NCBI GenBank assembly: GCA_050575255.1
Contig: JBNZDD010013634.1
Span: 1,714,189-1,778,188, forward strand
DNA length: 64,000 bases
From: Harriotta raleighana
Taxonomy: Eukaryota
Direction of reading: 5' to 3'
Notes under the pieces: generated by a model
Database searches by the model: none
Told to the model about the DNA's origin: nothing
What the model saw: only the letters and a program-made list of their open reading frames with translations
Made by a program: the position numbers and the translations under genes
Shown here: positions 43,986-57,647 of the stretch, in pieces
Position numbering within the stretch: the stretch's first letter is position 1
Layout: each line of letters starts with the position of its first letter

Positions 43986-44244
43986 GACAGTCCATTTTTT
44001 TGCAATCTGCGCATCTCTATGCGCATCTCGTCCCAGAGATCCTTCACACTACTCGGTGTATTTTCCTTGGAGAATTGTCACTGAAGTCATGTATACGTCA
44101 CTGAGGTAATGCTGATCAGAACTGTAGTGCAATCTGTTTCAGTTATAATGTATGCATAAAATTGGAGACCCCAGTTCCAGGAACCAGTCTTATAACACAT
44201 TAAGGGCTTTGCATAAACAAGTCAAACTATTTTACAGTGCAGGA

Positions 44245-44484
44245 ACTGTTTTCAGGCAGAGAATTGTTTGAATCTGGAATGCATTGCCTGAAAAAGTGGT
44301 GGAGGCTGATTCAATATCAACTTTTAAAAGAGAGGTGGATGGTTATTTGAGGAGGATGAGTTTGCAAGGTAATGGGGAGAGAGCTAGGAAGTGGGATTGA
44401 CTTTGGATAGCTCTTTCTTAAGAGCCGGCCAGCACAGACAAGATGGGCCGAATGGCCTCCTTTTGTGCTGTGAAATTCTATGAT
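44245..44484 (+). mobile_element. CR1 LINE 3' end
   Basis: FRQRIV*IWNALPEKVVEADSISTFKREVDGYL-like ORF2 end, then gatgggccgaatggcctccttttgtgctgtgaaattctatgat tail. Confidence 0.87.
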
Positions 44485-46590
44485 ACCATAAAAACCAAAT
44501 CAGAGATACACACCACAAAGGAATTATTTCACAAAGAACATTTAAAATGTTCAAGCAGTTAAAACAAGGAAGGTATGTTCCCTATGCAATTGCTTGAGAT
44601 ATCTGCAAGCAAAATCATTTATGACGCATGACCTGTCTTTTCACCAAAATCTAAAGAGAGAACCTTTATTTAAGTGCTTGAGAGCAAGTTTCAAATTATA
44701 AATAATTGATGCAAATGGCTGAGGCCTTCCTATCCCTAACAAACCTTTGGAAAAAGTAATGGAGCAAGAAATATGCGGTGCCCCCCCCAAAAAGTACCTC
44801 CCATCATCATAATATAACTTTAAAAAGTAAACAAAACACAATTCTCACACGTAAACTGAGCCAGTGGGAGAGGGAAGGTGACTGTAACCGTAGTCGAGTG
44901 CACAAAACCAGATAACAATTAACTATATTACCTTTAGCTGGTTCCTTTCCACTTATTGAAGTATGGGCTTTATTATGAATTCAGCGATTAAATAACTTTT
45001 TTTTTTAAACTGCAGGATTCAACAAAAAAATGCTTGTTCCACATTGCTAGCAAAGTGTTGGATATGCAAATGTGAGCGAGTGACTGGATAATATTTTAAG
45101 TTGGTCTCTCTTTATGATATATATGCAAATCAAAAGTCACTTTTAATAAGGATCAGCTGCATAAGACAACACTGAATAGAGCTGTTTGAGTATTAGGGAG
45201 GGGAGTGGATGGATCCACTCCGCTCAGTCTGATCAGGCTTTTAACTGCTAAATGGCATCTTCTGAATGGTTTTGCAATGGGCTATTGTGATCCACCTAAG
45301 CTCTGTGACATTTAGGTGTGCATGCTAATTATTAGGGTAACTGGATTATGACTGGTACGGGTTCTGAATAGACTCTCTCAGGAAGCATGTGAAGAAGCCT
45401 GAGACACCATATATATCTGTGAAGACCGATGAAAATGTTCTTAAAATGAAAAAATTACCCGAAGCATTTCAATTTATTCTTAAATCATTTTCAGTTGCAC
45501 TGACAGCAGCATTTGAAAATTAATATTCCTTGCACAGATTTGCTATGAAATGTAATGAGTTTGGAATATTCCCCATGCAAATTTTAAGCACTCTTTCAAC
45601 TGAATGAAAATGACTCCATTACACTCGCTAACTCGCTGCCTCTGTGTGACCATACCTATAGAAGATTCAGTATAATAATCTCTCCTTGAAATCTACAAGC
45701 AAAATAGTCTTTCAATTTTGTCAGGTTTTATTGGAAAGAGTATTTTGCAAATGTACAATAGCAAAGGAATTATTCTTTTGTGGTTAAATTACAAAGCTGC
45801 GAGACAGCTTCCACTAGAGGCTGGCGTAGTGTTCTATTCCAACACATAAAACCTTCCATTCATTTGGTTACTTTCTAAAAGCTTTTGTTCAGCTATCTGA
45901 ACCGTGCTCACCATTTCAATGACATTACTGGTCTGCATTTGCCCCTCTGCCACCCAAAGTGACTAAAAAGGATTTTACATGACATTCCAAAGCAAATTAA
46001 AATGGATCCAACAATCATATGGATTTGCTTGCAACAATTATCGTCAAATGACTTCAATTTTCATAGCACCATTTGGTGAAGTAATATCTCAAACCCTTTG
46101 GACTGAACATAAATTTCATCCAAACAGTCTCCAACCAAATGGTTACCTTTTTTGTACTGAAGCCATGCATCATTGCCCCAACGGAGATGTCAGACAGGGT
46201 ACATTCTGTCAGCTCACTCTCTCAGTTCCGTTCTGCTGTCAGTGCAACTAAAATAAAAGTGACTATTGCTCTTCTTTTCCCTCCTTACATGGTGAAACAT
46301 ACCTGCTCTCCTTTCAGAATCTAATCACAATTAGGTAGAGTAATTTGGGAACTGAAAATGCATACAATTACAGACTCAATTTGCCTCTACGAATTCTTTG
46401 CATGATTCAACTGGTAAAACCACTGCCTCGTGTAGAACTAAACCATACTAATCTGGAAAGTCCCAGGTTGGATCTCTGAGTCTTTCTAGCTGATCCCACA
46501 AGGTAACAGAACTGTTCAAATTGCCATAATGCCACTAACCCAGACAGAGTCGAAAGAACAATGAGCCAGTATTTTCACACTTGTTCGCTA

Positions 46591-46915
46591 TATAATAATA
46601 ATAATAATAATCCTTGCATTTGATATAGCGCTTTTCACATCTTATCGACGTCCCAAAGCGCTTCACAGAATATACTGTAAAGTGAATTGACTGTATATTT
46701 CTGGGCACAATGCGGCAGCCATTTGCGCACAGCAGCGTCCCACAAACAGTCATGGATTGAAATGACCAATTTTATTATTGTTGTATTTTTGGAGGGATTA
46801 TTATTAGGCATGCGGAGTAAGGAAACTTGCCCAAGTTTCACCCTGATCTGCCGGGATTCGAACACAGGTCTCATGTTTATAAGACAAGTGCTCTAACCGC
46901 TAAGCCACAGGAGCT
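46591..46915 (-). mobile_element. Full-length tRNA-head SINE, second family
   Basis: A box tggcttagcgg, B box gttcgaatccc, ttgggcaagtttcctta segment, and the same 3' half and (TTA)n tail as the DeuSINE copies. Confidence 0.88.
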
Positions 46916-48014
46916 TCAATAACCCCTGATATAAAAGGAATGTGCATATCGAGTAAAGATTGGTCTTAGCTGCAATATTCATTATGGTCAGATGCCACAA
47001 ATGAAGATTGCCCACTTGGACAAAGTTTTGCAGGACAACTGTGTACCTGACCCCAGATTTTGCAAGGCAAGAAGAGAATATTATAAGAAACACTCTCTTC
47101 ATAGTTTGGTGATCGTTCCATTTAAAGGTATTATTATTCCAGTCATTTGTAATAGAATTACCAGAAAACATTACTGTCACCCAGAATTTTGCAGTGTTTT
47201 TCTTTAAAGTCTAGTTATAGAGTACTATGCTAGTTTATCAGTACAAATAAGCATTATACACATGGGTATAACTGCAATAGAACATATCTGTTATTTACGC
47301 AAAGGGAAATCCATATTTATTATTTACCATATCCAACAAGATACCTGATTAAGCACAAACAAGCACTCAAAGCATATTTTGTGGCATAAATACAAAACTA
47401 GCTAATAGAGGCAAATAACTGTTTCAAGCTTAACAAAATAAATAAATTGAAATACTTGCAGTGAAGTTAGGGGAAATTGATGTAAATTATATCTTCTTCC
47501 TCAACAGTGAGCTCAGGAACAAAACATTTTTGGACTATTCAAACATGAGTCATATGTATCTCTCAAGTGACAACACTCAAGACAAGTGTTATCTTTCTTA
47601 AGAACACCCAAGCACTAAAAAGGTATTCTGTGCTATAAAAAATAACAACAATTTAAGAGAACAGTGATTATTTAAGTCCAGAAGAAATGAATGATGAATG
47701 TGTGTGTGCTGGAACACATCAATAAGAATGCATTCTGTGCATTGAGAAAACTATTCAGTGAAAAAACTCACAAGATCACAAAGTGGTTCAGATAGAGAAG
47801 TACTTTCGGGACACTTAAGACATATCAATCAGTGCATGCTCCATTAATGCAGTCATCACTAGATTTGGTGGATTGTAAACATGACCTTAATACAGTAAAT
47901 AGTGATCATTTTACAATAAACTGCTTTATATTTCCCAGTCTTACAAATGTAAGAATATTGTTTTACATGGAAACTCCCAACTCGAATGGAACACATTAAA
48001 TGTCAAGCACTTAC

Positions 48015-48051
48015 TTTTATTAGACCCTGATCTGTTGCTAGGAGACTTCAT
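48015..48051 (-). CDS. Candidate upstream STK33 start exon (exon 48015-48157; MKSPSNRSGSNK)
   Basis: ttttcctgcAG acceptor, gtaagt donor; ATG preceded by an in-frame TGA; ends phase 1. Confidence 0.35.
48034..48046. promoter_or_regulatory. RFX X-box-like motif GTTGCTAGGAGAC
   Basis: Good match to the X-box consensus, inside candidate exon 48015-48157. Confidence 0.35.
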
Positions 48052-49899
48052 TCAACAAATCTCAAACACTGTGCCTTTGGTTTACTCAAGAACTTGGCTC
48101 AGTACAGCCTTGTGGGCAACTGATGGTGTTCAGCAATGAACACCATCAATTAGACATCTGCAGGAAAAACAAAGAATAAGTACATCAAAACCCATCAGAA
48201 ATTAAAGAATATTTTTCTCAAATTAGAATAGAATCAATAATTTTAGTAGATATCTGGGTGTATGTTCTCGAGTATAGTAACTACCATTCTAGATATGTGA
48301 ATGTAATTGCAGCAAATTTTGGAAGCCGTAAAGATGAAGCTTTAAATTCTGTGCTCAAGTTATTGAATATGATATCTGTATAGTCACTAGTTTGGCTCAG
48401 TAAATGTGTAACATTCTAGGTATAACCTACAGACGAGAATCAGAATTCCTCTGACTAGGTATGTACTCAGTTATGCAATAATATAATGGAATACAAAATT
48501 CTCACTTCAATAGAGTCTTTTCAGGCTAAACTCAAATATTAAATGTTATGAGCCAATGACTATCTTTAAAATACATCACAACTGGCATATTCAAGTGTTA
48601 AATTCAACTCCCATGAATTAAATATCATTCGTGCCACTACTTTTCCTTTTTGAAAAAAGGCCAATTACCTCCCGGAAATATATACCACCATCTAACAATG
48701 AAAAAAGAAGCAAATAATACGAACTGGAGAGAAGTTAACTTTTTCAGTGACCAGTTTCCCTAGTTATCCAGCACTAAACATGGTACAAAAAAAATACAGA
48801 ATTGCAAGACCAAGCCTCAGTAGTCAACATTGTAAAGAAATACTGATGGAGCACCGCAATAACCCTGAAACATGTGTTTCGCAGCATTGTTCATATTATT
48901 AAGAACTTTCCATTAATAATTAAATGTTCTCTCCATTTTTTTCTTTTACTGAAATATTTATGTTGTTTAGGTATAATGCCTGTCAACTCTGAGACAGAAA
49001 CACAGTTCAGTAATCAGGTCAACCATGGCAACATAATTCAACTATAATTCCAACAGATTAATCTTTTGTCATAACCAACCACATTTTAGGAAATATGCCA
49101 TACATGAAACTCAATAAACTCAGCAGAAGATCATTCTTCTGTTATTTCTATGAATAACCATTTCAAGAGCAATATTTTTCAAAATATATATGACAATTAC
49201 AGCTGGACAGAATTGAATCTGGTGTGAATCCAAGAAACTTCTAATCCGAAACAATCACGCTGAACACCACATAGCAAGCCCTAGAACATATCTGATGTAT
49301 GCTCCTCCACTGATTCCATGTGATCATTCAACAGACCTGATTTCAGTGGACCTGGGGTAACCTAAAATGTATTGCATCTGCAGATTTACACTATTCAATA
49401 ATACAATTAGTTGATAAATACACAAGGATTCACATTCACTTACAGTTATGGTTTAGAGAGCACAATTTTGAACAGGAATCAGAAATGTCATAAGAGGAAA
49501 CAGCCTTACGAGGTTATATTGTTAGGAGCCATCTATAAGACTTGGGGCATTGATGAGGTGGTTTGCAGGAGGAGGAAAAAGACATATGTTCCCTCGTTAC
49601 ATTTCAGTAAACAGTTACAAAGCAGCTATGACAGGGATTGGAAGCAAGTCAATGCCTGCCTGCACCCTTTTGACTCATATACTGCTTTGCAGAGATGGGG
49701 TTGACAATTAAGCGAAATAGTGACTGTGCAAGGATACTAAAAATTGAAATAAGGAAACATAAAATATATTTTAATACAAAAACTTTGACAGAAAATTATA
49801 CAAGGTACATCCTACAAAGCACAGTACTCTATTTCCTTCTGTTTATTTATCAATAATCATGGCTTGCATCAATGTACAAAGTGAATGATGAATGTTTTA

Positions 49900-50046
49900 G
49901 GAGAAACTACCTTCTCTTTTCAAATATTGCCATGGAATCTTCTTACATCTCATTCTAAGAGCTGCGCTACGGACTATGCAGTGCTCCCCGCAGAGTGTCA
50001 ACCTAGACTGTGTGCGCCAAGTTCTAATATAGGGCTTGAACCAATG
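49900..50046 (-). mobile_element. Internally deleted DeuSINE-type fragment
   Basis: Reverse complement has ggttcaagccc, aggttgacactc..ggagcactgca and agattccatggca. Confidence 0.6.
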
Positions 50047-50841
50047 ACCCAACCAGTAATTCACCACAGCAAAAATGCCATTATCCAGTTAGATAATATA
50101 AGGTTTATACCTCAGGTCCTAGATCACTGCACTTCAACTTTACAACCAGCTGTTCAACAAAACCGTGACATGACAAATCCACACTATTCACTATAAATTT
50201 TATATAAAACAATAAATACCAGTGAGCTTAGGCTGCACTTCAAATCGAGAGGATCATGTGGCATTCACAAAATTCTAAAACCTCACTAGCTGTTCAGAGC
50301 ATCCTCTGAACCCCTCGACTGAAATGCAGCCTTGAAATTCACCTCCTCTAATTCTGTAAACACTGAGGCAATACTTGCCTTACGTCCTGTCAAATGATGC
50401 AGTCCCATTATATGTGCATCATAATGGCTATGGTTGTCATTCCAGTCATGTATGGTCACTGTAACTGTCACAAAAAGTAAACTTGATTTTAGTATTGAGT
50501 CACACACAAAGCAAGCTGCATAGATACATTGCTTGCATCATCTCTTACAATGGTGCAATAGAATCACAATTTTAAGAGGACTTCATTCATGTGGTTTGAT
50601 CGATTTGTAATCAAGGGGACCTGCTAGATTTGTAATGCAAGTCTATTATAACAATGTGTTCTTGAAGGGAATTTGAATTATCCTCATAATGCTCACATTG
50701 CCCGAGTTAGAATTAGAAACAGCATCAGAGCCCTTGGGATGTCCATCAACCCTGTAGTAGGTGCCTTTTTCAACAAGCTGGCCAGATAAGAAAATGGTTA
50801 ACCATGCAATATGAAGCAGTAGTAAGTATCACAGTTCTTAC

Positions 50842-51027
50842 CAGGCAAATGTTGAGGCTTCAGCTTGCAGAGTTAAGGTTATGGTTTTGCGTTCAAGTCT
50901 CAATGAATGATGTGCCGGACAGGTTAGGTGCTTATGAACAATGGAGGACATAGTAATCGACCACAAACAGAAGAAAAGCTAAACAGGCCAGGAATCCACT
51001 CAGATTCAAATCCGAACATACTCTGAT
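50842..51027 (-). other. Candidate non-coding (5'UTR or lncRNA) exon
   Basis: Pyrimidine tract plus AAG acceptor and CTG|gtaaga donor; no recognisable coding sequence. Confidence 0.3.
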
Positions 51028-51649
51028 CTTGACAAAAAGTAGAAAAATAAAATGTCACTTTTTTTAATGAAATCTGATACCAAAAATAAATGTCGATCCC
51101 ACAATATCAAAGATTTTATTATAGAATATGTTTCCATTGGAATTCGCCAACCAATTCTTAAAACCATGCTGTAGCTGTAGCATTGTAGATTTACAGTTTA
51201 ATTGCTTAGGACAGGATTAGATAGCCTAGATAGTGTACTCAATTGTGTATCAAATCTTGTTTTGCTTGTGCAACATTCAACATGTATTCACCAATTTCTG
51301 ATATCACAGTTGCAAAGGCAGGTCCCCTTGATACAAATTCTAGTCTTGGCACTGTAAAGATTTTTTAATGCAAAGAAAAATAAAAAGTATTGCAATCTGT
51401 TCTAGAATTCTAAAATGAGGAGTCGATTCAAATGACCAACTTGCAGGAATTTAAAACTAAGATTCATCAAATTAACAGAAAAGAATAATGCTGCAGGACT
51501 GACATTCTGCTCCAGATATGTTTAGCAATATGTATAAATTTTGTTCCACTGTGGTGCGAGGGTAATGCCACCAAACACACAGCGTTGAGACAGAGAACTA
51601 TGCTGCCCGTATACACGCAGGGTGAGGAGGGTTAATATTTCCTTGTATT

Positions 51650-51785
51650 TAATAATACAATAATATTAATCCTTGCATTTGATATAGTGTCTTATCATGT
51701 CATTGAAACATCTCAAAGGGTTTCACAGAATATACTGTAAAGAGAATTGACTGTACATTGGGTGAGAGAAACGGCAGCCAATTGC
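51650..51785 (-). mobile_element. SINE 3' fragment
   Basis: ccttgcatttgatatagt...ttcacagaatatactgtaaagagaattgactgt. Confidence 0.75.
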
Positions 51786-53164
51786 TCATTAATTATTAAT
51801 TAATCAATTAATTAATTAATGACAAAGCCCACTTGCGACCAGGAAAAAAAATGGAATTGTCAATAGCTGCTGCATAAACTTCAGCAAGTTGATTGTTCAG
51901 CAAGTTGACCTCTATTGTAAATGCCAAAAGAAGTAAGGTGCACAGCACCAGGAGCCGCATAAATTTACACACTGTCCACCTGTTACAGTGTGTTGGATGC
52001 AGAAATTATCAAGGAAAATAATGATGCCTCTTGTAGGTTTTGCTAAAGTTTGTCCATCACCTTCAGTGTAAATCAGATGAGGTGGAGGGAGAGGCTTAGA
52101 GGTATGAGGAAAATTGCAATCAGCCAACATCTGAAGGGATGTATCATAAAGCAACATCTATTTTTAAAAATGTCTTGCAACATCTCCCAGCTGATCAATT
52201 TTGAACAACACATGTTATTTGGATAGGCTGTCAATTGGAATACAATTACTGAGCACGTTTTTTTTACCATCAAAGCACCCAAAAAGCTATTACAGTCAGA
52301 AAGATCTTTCCAATATACAGTAGCATAAAAGTAAATCTGGAGCATATTTTAAAATGTTCAGATTCAGTTTATCAACCAGAGTACACTTAAGCTCTTCAGA
52401 TTCAATAGTCGCAAGCACAGCCCTGAACATTAAACTACATTTATTGCAAAATGTGACTTTCAATTTGGATCCTGTCCCAGAAATGATGTTCCAGTGGATT
52501 AGAATGTTGTCATTTCACCTCTGAGTCTCAGAAACAAGGAGTTTAAATGTACTATCGGCAGATTTGATTAGTCACCTTTCTTATGGTTAAGCGTCCTTAA
52601 AATCATATTTTCTATCCATCTGCCAAGTGCAGTGGGCAATGTGTATGGCATAAAATTGCCATAATTTAGCACTAACCAAAACTTATATTGCTACTCCCCT
52701 ACATAAAAATATTCCAAATTTATAGGTGTTTTAAATCAAATAAGCATTGAAAATGTATGTGCAAATGTTTTTGCGTCACACTAAATAAGAAAACCTTCAG
52801 CTCAAACCAGCATTAAAATAAACCGTCTTGAGCCTTGCTTGTGGCGACATTTTATCGAACATTAAATATGTGTTGCACACTGGGCTGATATCAATCTTAA
52901 AATAAATTTCAGAATTTTGCAATTTCTCTTTATTGCTCTATAAAACTTTCAGGTACCACATCCTGGGCAATAAGTGGTTTCCTCCTGATTCTATATGTCC
53001 CACAGCCATGGAGAAAAGGCAACAAAAAGGAACTCAAGAATCTGGCATATTCTAATCTCGCTAGGCTGAATGGCCATTCTTATTTCTGAATCACTGCAAC
53101 TCAATGTACAAAGAGATTTATATAGAGCCCCAAATTGTGAAAAGTAATAATAACAATAAATAAT

Positions 53165-53254
53165 AACCCTTGGATTTCATATAGTGCCTTATCACGCCTT
53201 TGAGCCGCCTGAAAGCGCTTCACAGAACATACTGCGCTTCACAGAAAATACTGT
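53165..53254 (-). mobile_element. SINE 3' tail fragment with short tandem duplication
   Basis: (AAT)n tail; gcgcttcacagaa(c/a)atact occurs twice. Confidence 0.7.
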
Positions 53255-55114
53255 GCTCAACAAATGCTCAACGAATAATGCATTCATATTTTGTTGAGCA
53301 TCCACCTTAGATATTCTATTCTGTTCAATAGTATCCTATTCCAATCCTCAAATTAGCCCCAATGGATTTCTAGGTCATTTGATGCTAATTTGATTCAGTA
53401 GAGCAAAGCTTCTTTTTACACAGCAATCAATGGAACTGTTTTGCTGCAAAGCAAAAGGTAGGAGATTTTACTGCATACTGCAAACTTCAGCAATAAATTG
53501 CTGCTTTCAGTTAGACACTGAAACTAATACTGCTTTCAGCACGGTTTCACATTCAATTTTACATCAGTAGGGTCAAACTGAATTTAGACTTCCCAAGGGT
53601 TCATGGTAAGGTCTGCCCAAACTTCATTCATAAGGCAGAAAGTATCATCTTATACGTTTGATAAATCCAACTTCTACTTCAAACCTAGAAATTGAGAGAT
53701 TTACATTTGCCCTTAATACTACTTGATCTAAATCTCCTGAATGAGGTGACAGATAAAGCCAATAAAAATTGTGCTTCTGGTTTCCAAACCATGTAAATCT
53801 CTAAACATATGAAAAACAAGGCACACACTAGTTACTTGTTGGCTATATAAATTGGATTTAATTGTTTGGCAAGTTGACATCCATGGCAAAGGCCAAAATT
53901 GGAAATGTGCACATTAGAGATAGGCAAGGGTCATATTACAAAGTAAATGAAAAATTAAAAGTTCTATCTTTTTTAAAAATGTGAAAAATGCGTGCCCAAT
54001 TCCTACATCTCTACTATAAGCATTGTTGAGATTTACCGATCCCAAGAGTTCAAACGATGACCCAATCCTTAATAAAAGATACAATCTAATTCCCAACAGA
54101 ATTCACATTCAAATAACCAATTTTGATGGCACAAAACTAAAGAGCTAACTCCAGAGCTAACTTTCTCACAAAAGTTTCAAAGTCTGAAGCAAAATTGCAA
54201 CGGTTGTTACCAGTTCCTGAAAGAAAGAAAGTACCTAAATAAAACTTACAGTAAGTGCAATGGACGACTACAGCTATATTTTTCTCAAAACCCAACCAGT
54301 CTGTACTACTAGGTACAGTGCTGATCAATTGTTTAAAAACATACTGCAAGTGCATGTTTGCTTCTAGTACAATTGACAGTCTTAAGAGGGAATCTTTAGA
54401 TCACTTATGATCCTTAAAAAGAACAATTGCCCTGTACCTTTTCATAGCTTGTTGGATACATTCGGTCAACTATTTATGCAAAGATTACATTTTGTTCAGT
54501 ACAGGGAATGGGCAAGGTTCTCCCCTGACTTTACTGAAAAGGAACTTTATCTACTAACCAGTAAAGAATGTACCACAATGTACTGCAGGAGAAGGACGGA
54601 TTGAACTTGAGGTAGATCCAGCAAAAACATGTTGCTCAGCTCCACAAAGACACCTTTCAAGGCAGACACACAATTCAAAAGTCAACCTCAGGAGTGAAAG
54701 GCAATAAATTACATGCTACAAGGTAACGAGAATATAAATACCTTCCTGATTCTTGGAACACAAACTATAGTGAGCCACAAGTCTCCCTTTCTACTTGTGA
54801 AGCAGTCCTCCTTAATCAGCCCCCACAGAAAGCCTTAATCTGCATCTCCTGCCTTGCTCTGTTGCTAAGAGAACTGTCCTATACTAAAACTTAAGTAGCT
54901 GGCAGATAGTTTAAGAAATGACCAACGACAGGAAGCTCTCTTCAAGTTCTTATCTTTCTGTACTCATTACCTGAGGTATATTAATTTGTTGTTATCTATA
55001 CAAAGAAGGCAGTGACTTCATGTTCAGTTGCATTAGGGTTTTTATGTTTACCCAGGATAAAAGGCTACCCTCAGTTAGCTGGCATTCTCATCTTTTAAAA
55101 AAATTAATACTGAA

Positions 55115-57558
55115 TTATTCAGCCCATCAAATTCCACATCAGGTTAATACACTTTGAATTTCACTTCTAACAAATGGCATCTTTAACTCTGATTTCTGAT
55201 GTCACCTAACTGCTCTAACCTGCAGTTAAATCATTTAATTGCATCTGAAATAATGTGAGTTTACCAGCAAACAAATAAACAATTGCTATGCTGCAGTCCT
55301 TAACATCTGCTGATATTCCTTTGATGGCCACTAATCTATTGGACATGACTTTCACAGATGCCATCTTCCAAAGTACAAAACTTTGTGAGGGCTCATCCAT
55401 GCTGCATAGGTACCAAAGTTATTAGAACGTTACTAAGCTAGATACAGAGAATACCCATAACAGCACCTTGATTTGCTCCAATACCTTAGCCACAATTTGG
55501 GTATACCAGGCTTCCAGTTAACACAGGTCCATTTATACCCATTTAATAAACAAGCAGAATAATAACATAACTGAAGAGAGTTTTAAAGTGTGTTTCCTTG
55601 TATTCCTTCTAATTAGGTATTGTATTGGGCCTCCAGGTTATAAACTGCATTTTTATGCCTAACGTAGAAGCCTAAATTTAAACTAGACTGTTTTCCATGA
55701 TTTTACAAACAGCAAATAATTACATCTTCAACTGCTACCAATTACAGGAAAGAACTGAAGATTACATCTGGTACAGAGGTAAGATTTTATTAGGCCAATT
55801 GACCATCTAACTGTAGCTAACAAATTCTTTTGGTTCATATGGCAAAAGTAAACGAAATAAGCAACCCCAAATCTTCAGAAATGAAAGTCTCAGTCAGATT
55901 CATGCCTTCATTTGCCTGATCCAATTAATGGCATGCTAGAGCCGCCAAACAGGAGTCAAACATTTTGTTATTTTTAAACTTATCTTGTCTACACTACCTT
56001 TTGCAAAATATCACAAATTGTTACTGAATCTTTGTTCAAGAGAAGTTTATTTCAAAGTTACTATACAGGATCAATACAATTCTTATTTTATGAGAATAGT
56101 CTCCCAAATAATAGGATGTATTCAATAATTAGGTAATTAGACAATCATTTGCAGTGCTAAGATGATTTGACATTAAACCTCTGCAGCAACTAAGGCAACA
56201 GCTAATGTACAAAATGCCATATGCCAAACAGCACATGAAAGTCAGTTGAAGTTGAATAGACAACTTCAACTTGGCACTTTCTGGGTCACATCTAATCTCA
56301 GCTACGAAAATACAGAATGCTGGCAATATGGATCACAATGGAATGAAAAGTATGTCTGTGAAAACTTGTAGACTTTACAGTATTTGATAAAGAATCAAAG
56401 TCAGTCAGTGAGTTCAAGGCAGTAATTCAGTCTTGGGATTCTGTTGACATTTCCAGTGCGTCATCTGAACTGCTGACTTGAGTTATAGTTTTGTACCTCT
56501 CTGCCATTCACTTATTAACCTGCATGTATAGTACATCCACTGTAATATATTATTAACTGCAATCAAATCCTGACATGCCTTCAAACTATTGTATCCCAAC
56601 CAAACATCATCTCCAACTAGCAAAAACAAATTGGTTGTGAATCATACAAAGCCACTGTGTCTATAAACAGTTATGTTTAAACACCCCTGTCTCCTTAGGT
56701 TCATTTTATTTGCTTTTTCTTTTAATAATTGTTGACCGGGTATTTGGCGTTTAGAGTAATGATTAATGATCCAACATTTGGCATGGCTTTGCAGTTGTGC
56801 AATTATAATACTAAAATATTGCTAACAAAAAGGTAACTAAGATACCTGTACAAAAAAAATCAGTGAGGGTAATGGAATCTAAACCATTTTCAGTCACCTC
56901 CTGTTACCATGAATGAGTAAACCAGCTGAACCTCAGAATACAACAGGTTTATATTCGAAATAGTACTGCACTCAGACAGTAAAACACTATCTTTTATAAA
57001 GAAGTCATTATTTGTACTCGCGTAGTAGAGGAGGCTGTGTCCTACTCACTGCCACACAAGTACGGTATATGCCACACAGGACTCAAAACTCTCAATGGTA
57101 TTTATCGTTTTAATGTTTACAGTTAGTGGTCACAACTTCAATTTGTGAAGTGATATAATCACAAGTGGGTGATGTCAAATGTTAAACTTGCCATTTTCAA
57201 CACCGTTTGTGATGAGAAAAACGCGACCTGAACTCTACGAATTACACAGGAGGTTGGCATGGCAAATTGTACAAGTACATTGTATGAAAGGTGAATTGTG
57301 CAGGTTTGGTGGTGAAGATCAATCATCACTCATCACATGTGGTTGGTCACCTTTTCCCCAAGACCAGTCAGTCTTGCCCTCTGCTTACATGAGACATAGT
57401 CCAGGGAAACTGGTCATTCTAAACTTTTTTTTTTAAAAAACCAAATATCCATACTCTATTATTCAGCACATCAAATTCCACATCTGGTTAACACACTTTG
57501 AATTTCACTAATAACAAATAGCTTCTTTAATTCTGACCTCTCCTGTCACTTAACTGCT
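55115..57558 (+). repeat. Diverged 100-bp direct repeat pair (55115-55214 and 57459-57558)
   Basis: Ungapped manual alignment with about 13 mismatches in 100 bp. Confidence 0.9.
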
Positions 57559-57647
57559 AAATTGTTAGCCTTTAGCAAATGGATATTGGCCAGAAAATTG
57601 AATAGCTTTTTTTTAATATATAAAAGACTTTAAATTGAGGTTCCCAT

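Noticed and set aside
46840-46915. tRNA gene
   Set aside because: A and B boxes are present but run directly into a SINE body and tail; this is a SINE head.
51786-51822. AT-rich palindrome of TAAT units
   Set aside because: Low-complexity sequence at a SINE boundary; such palindromes are expected by chance.
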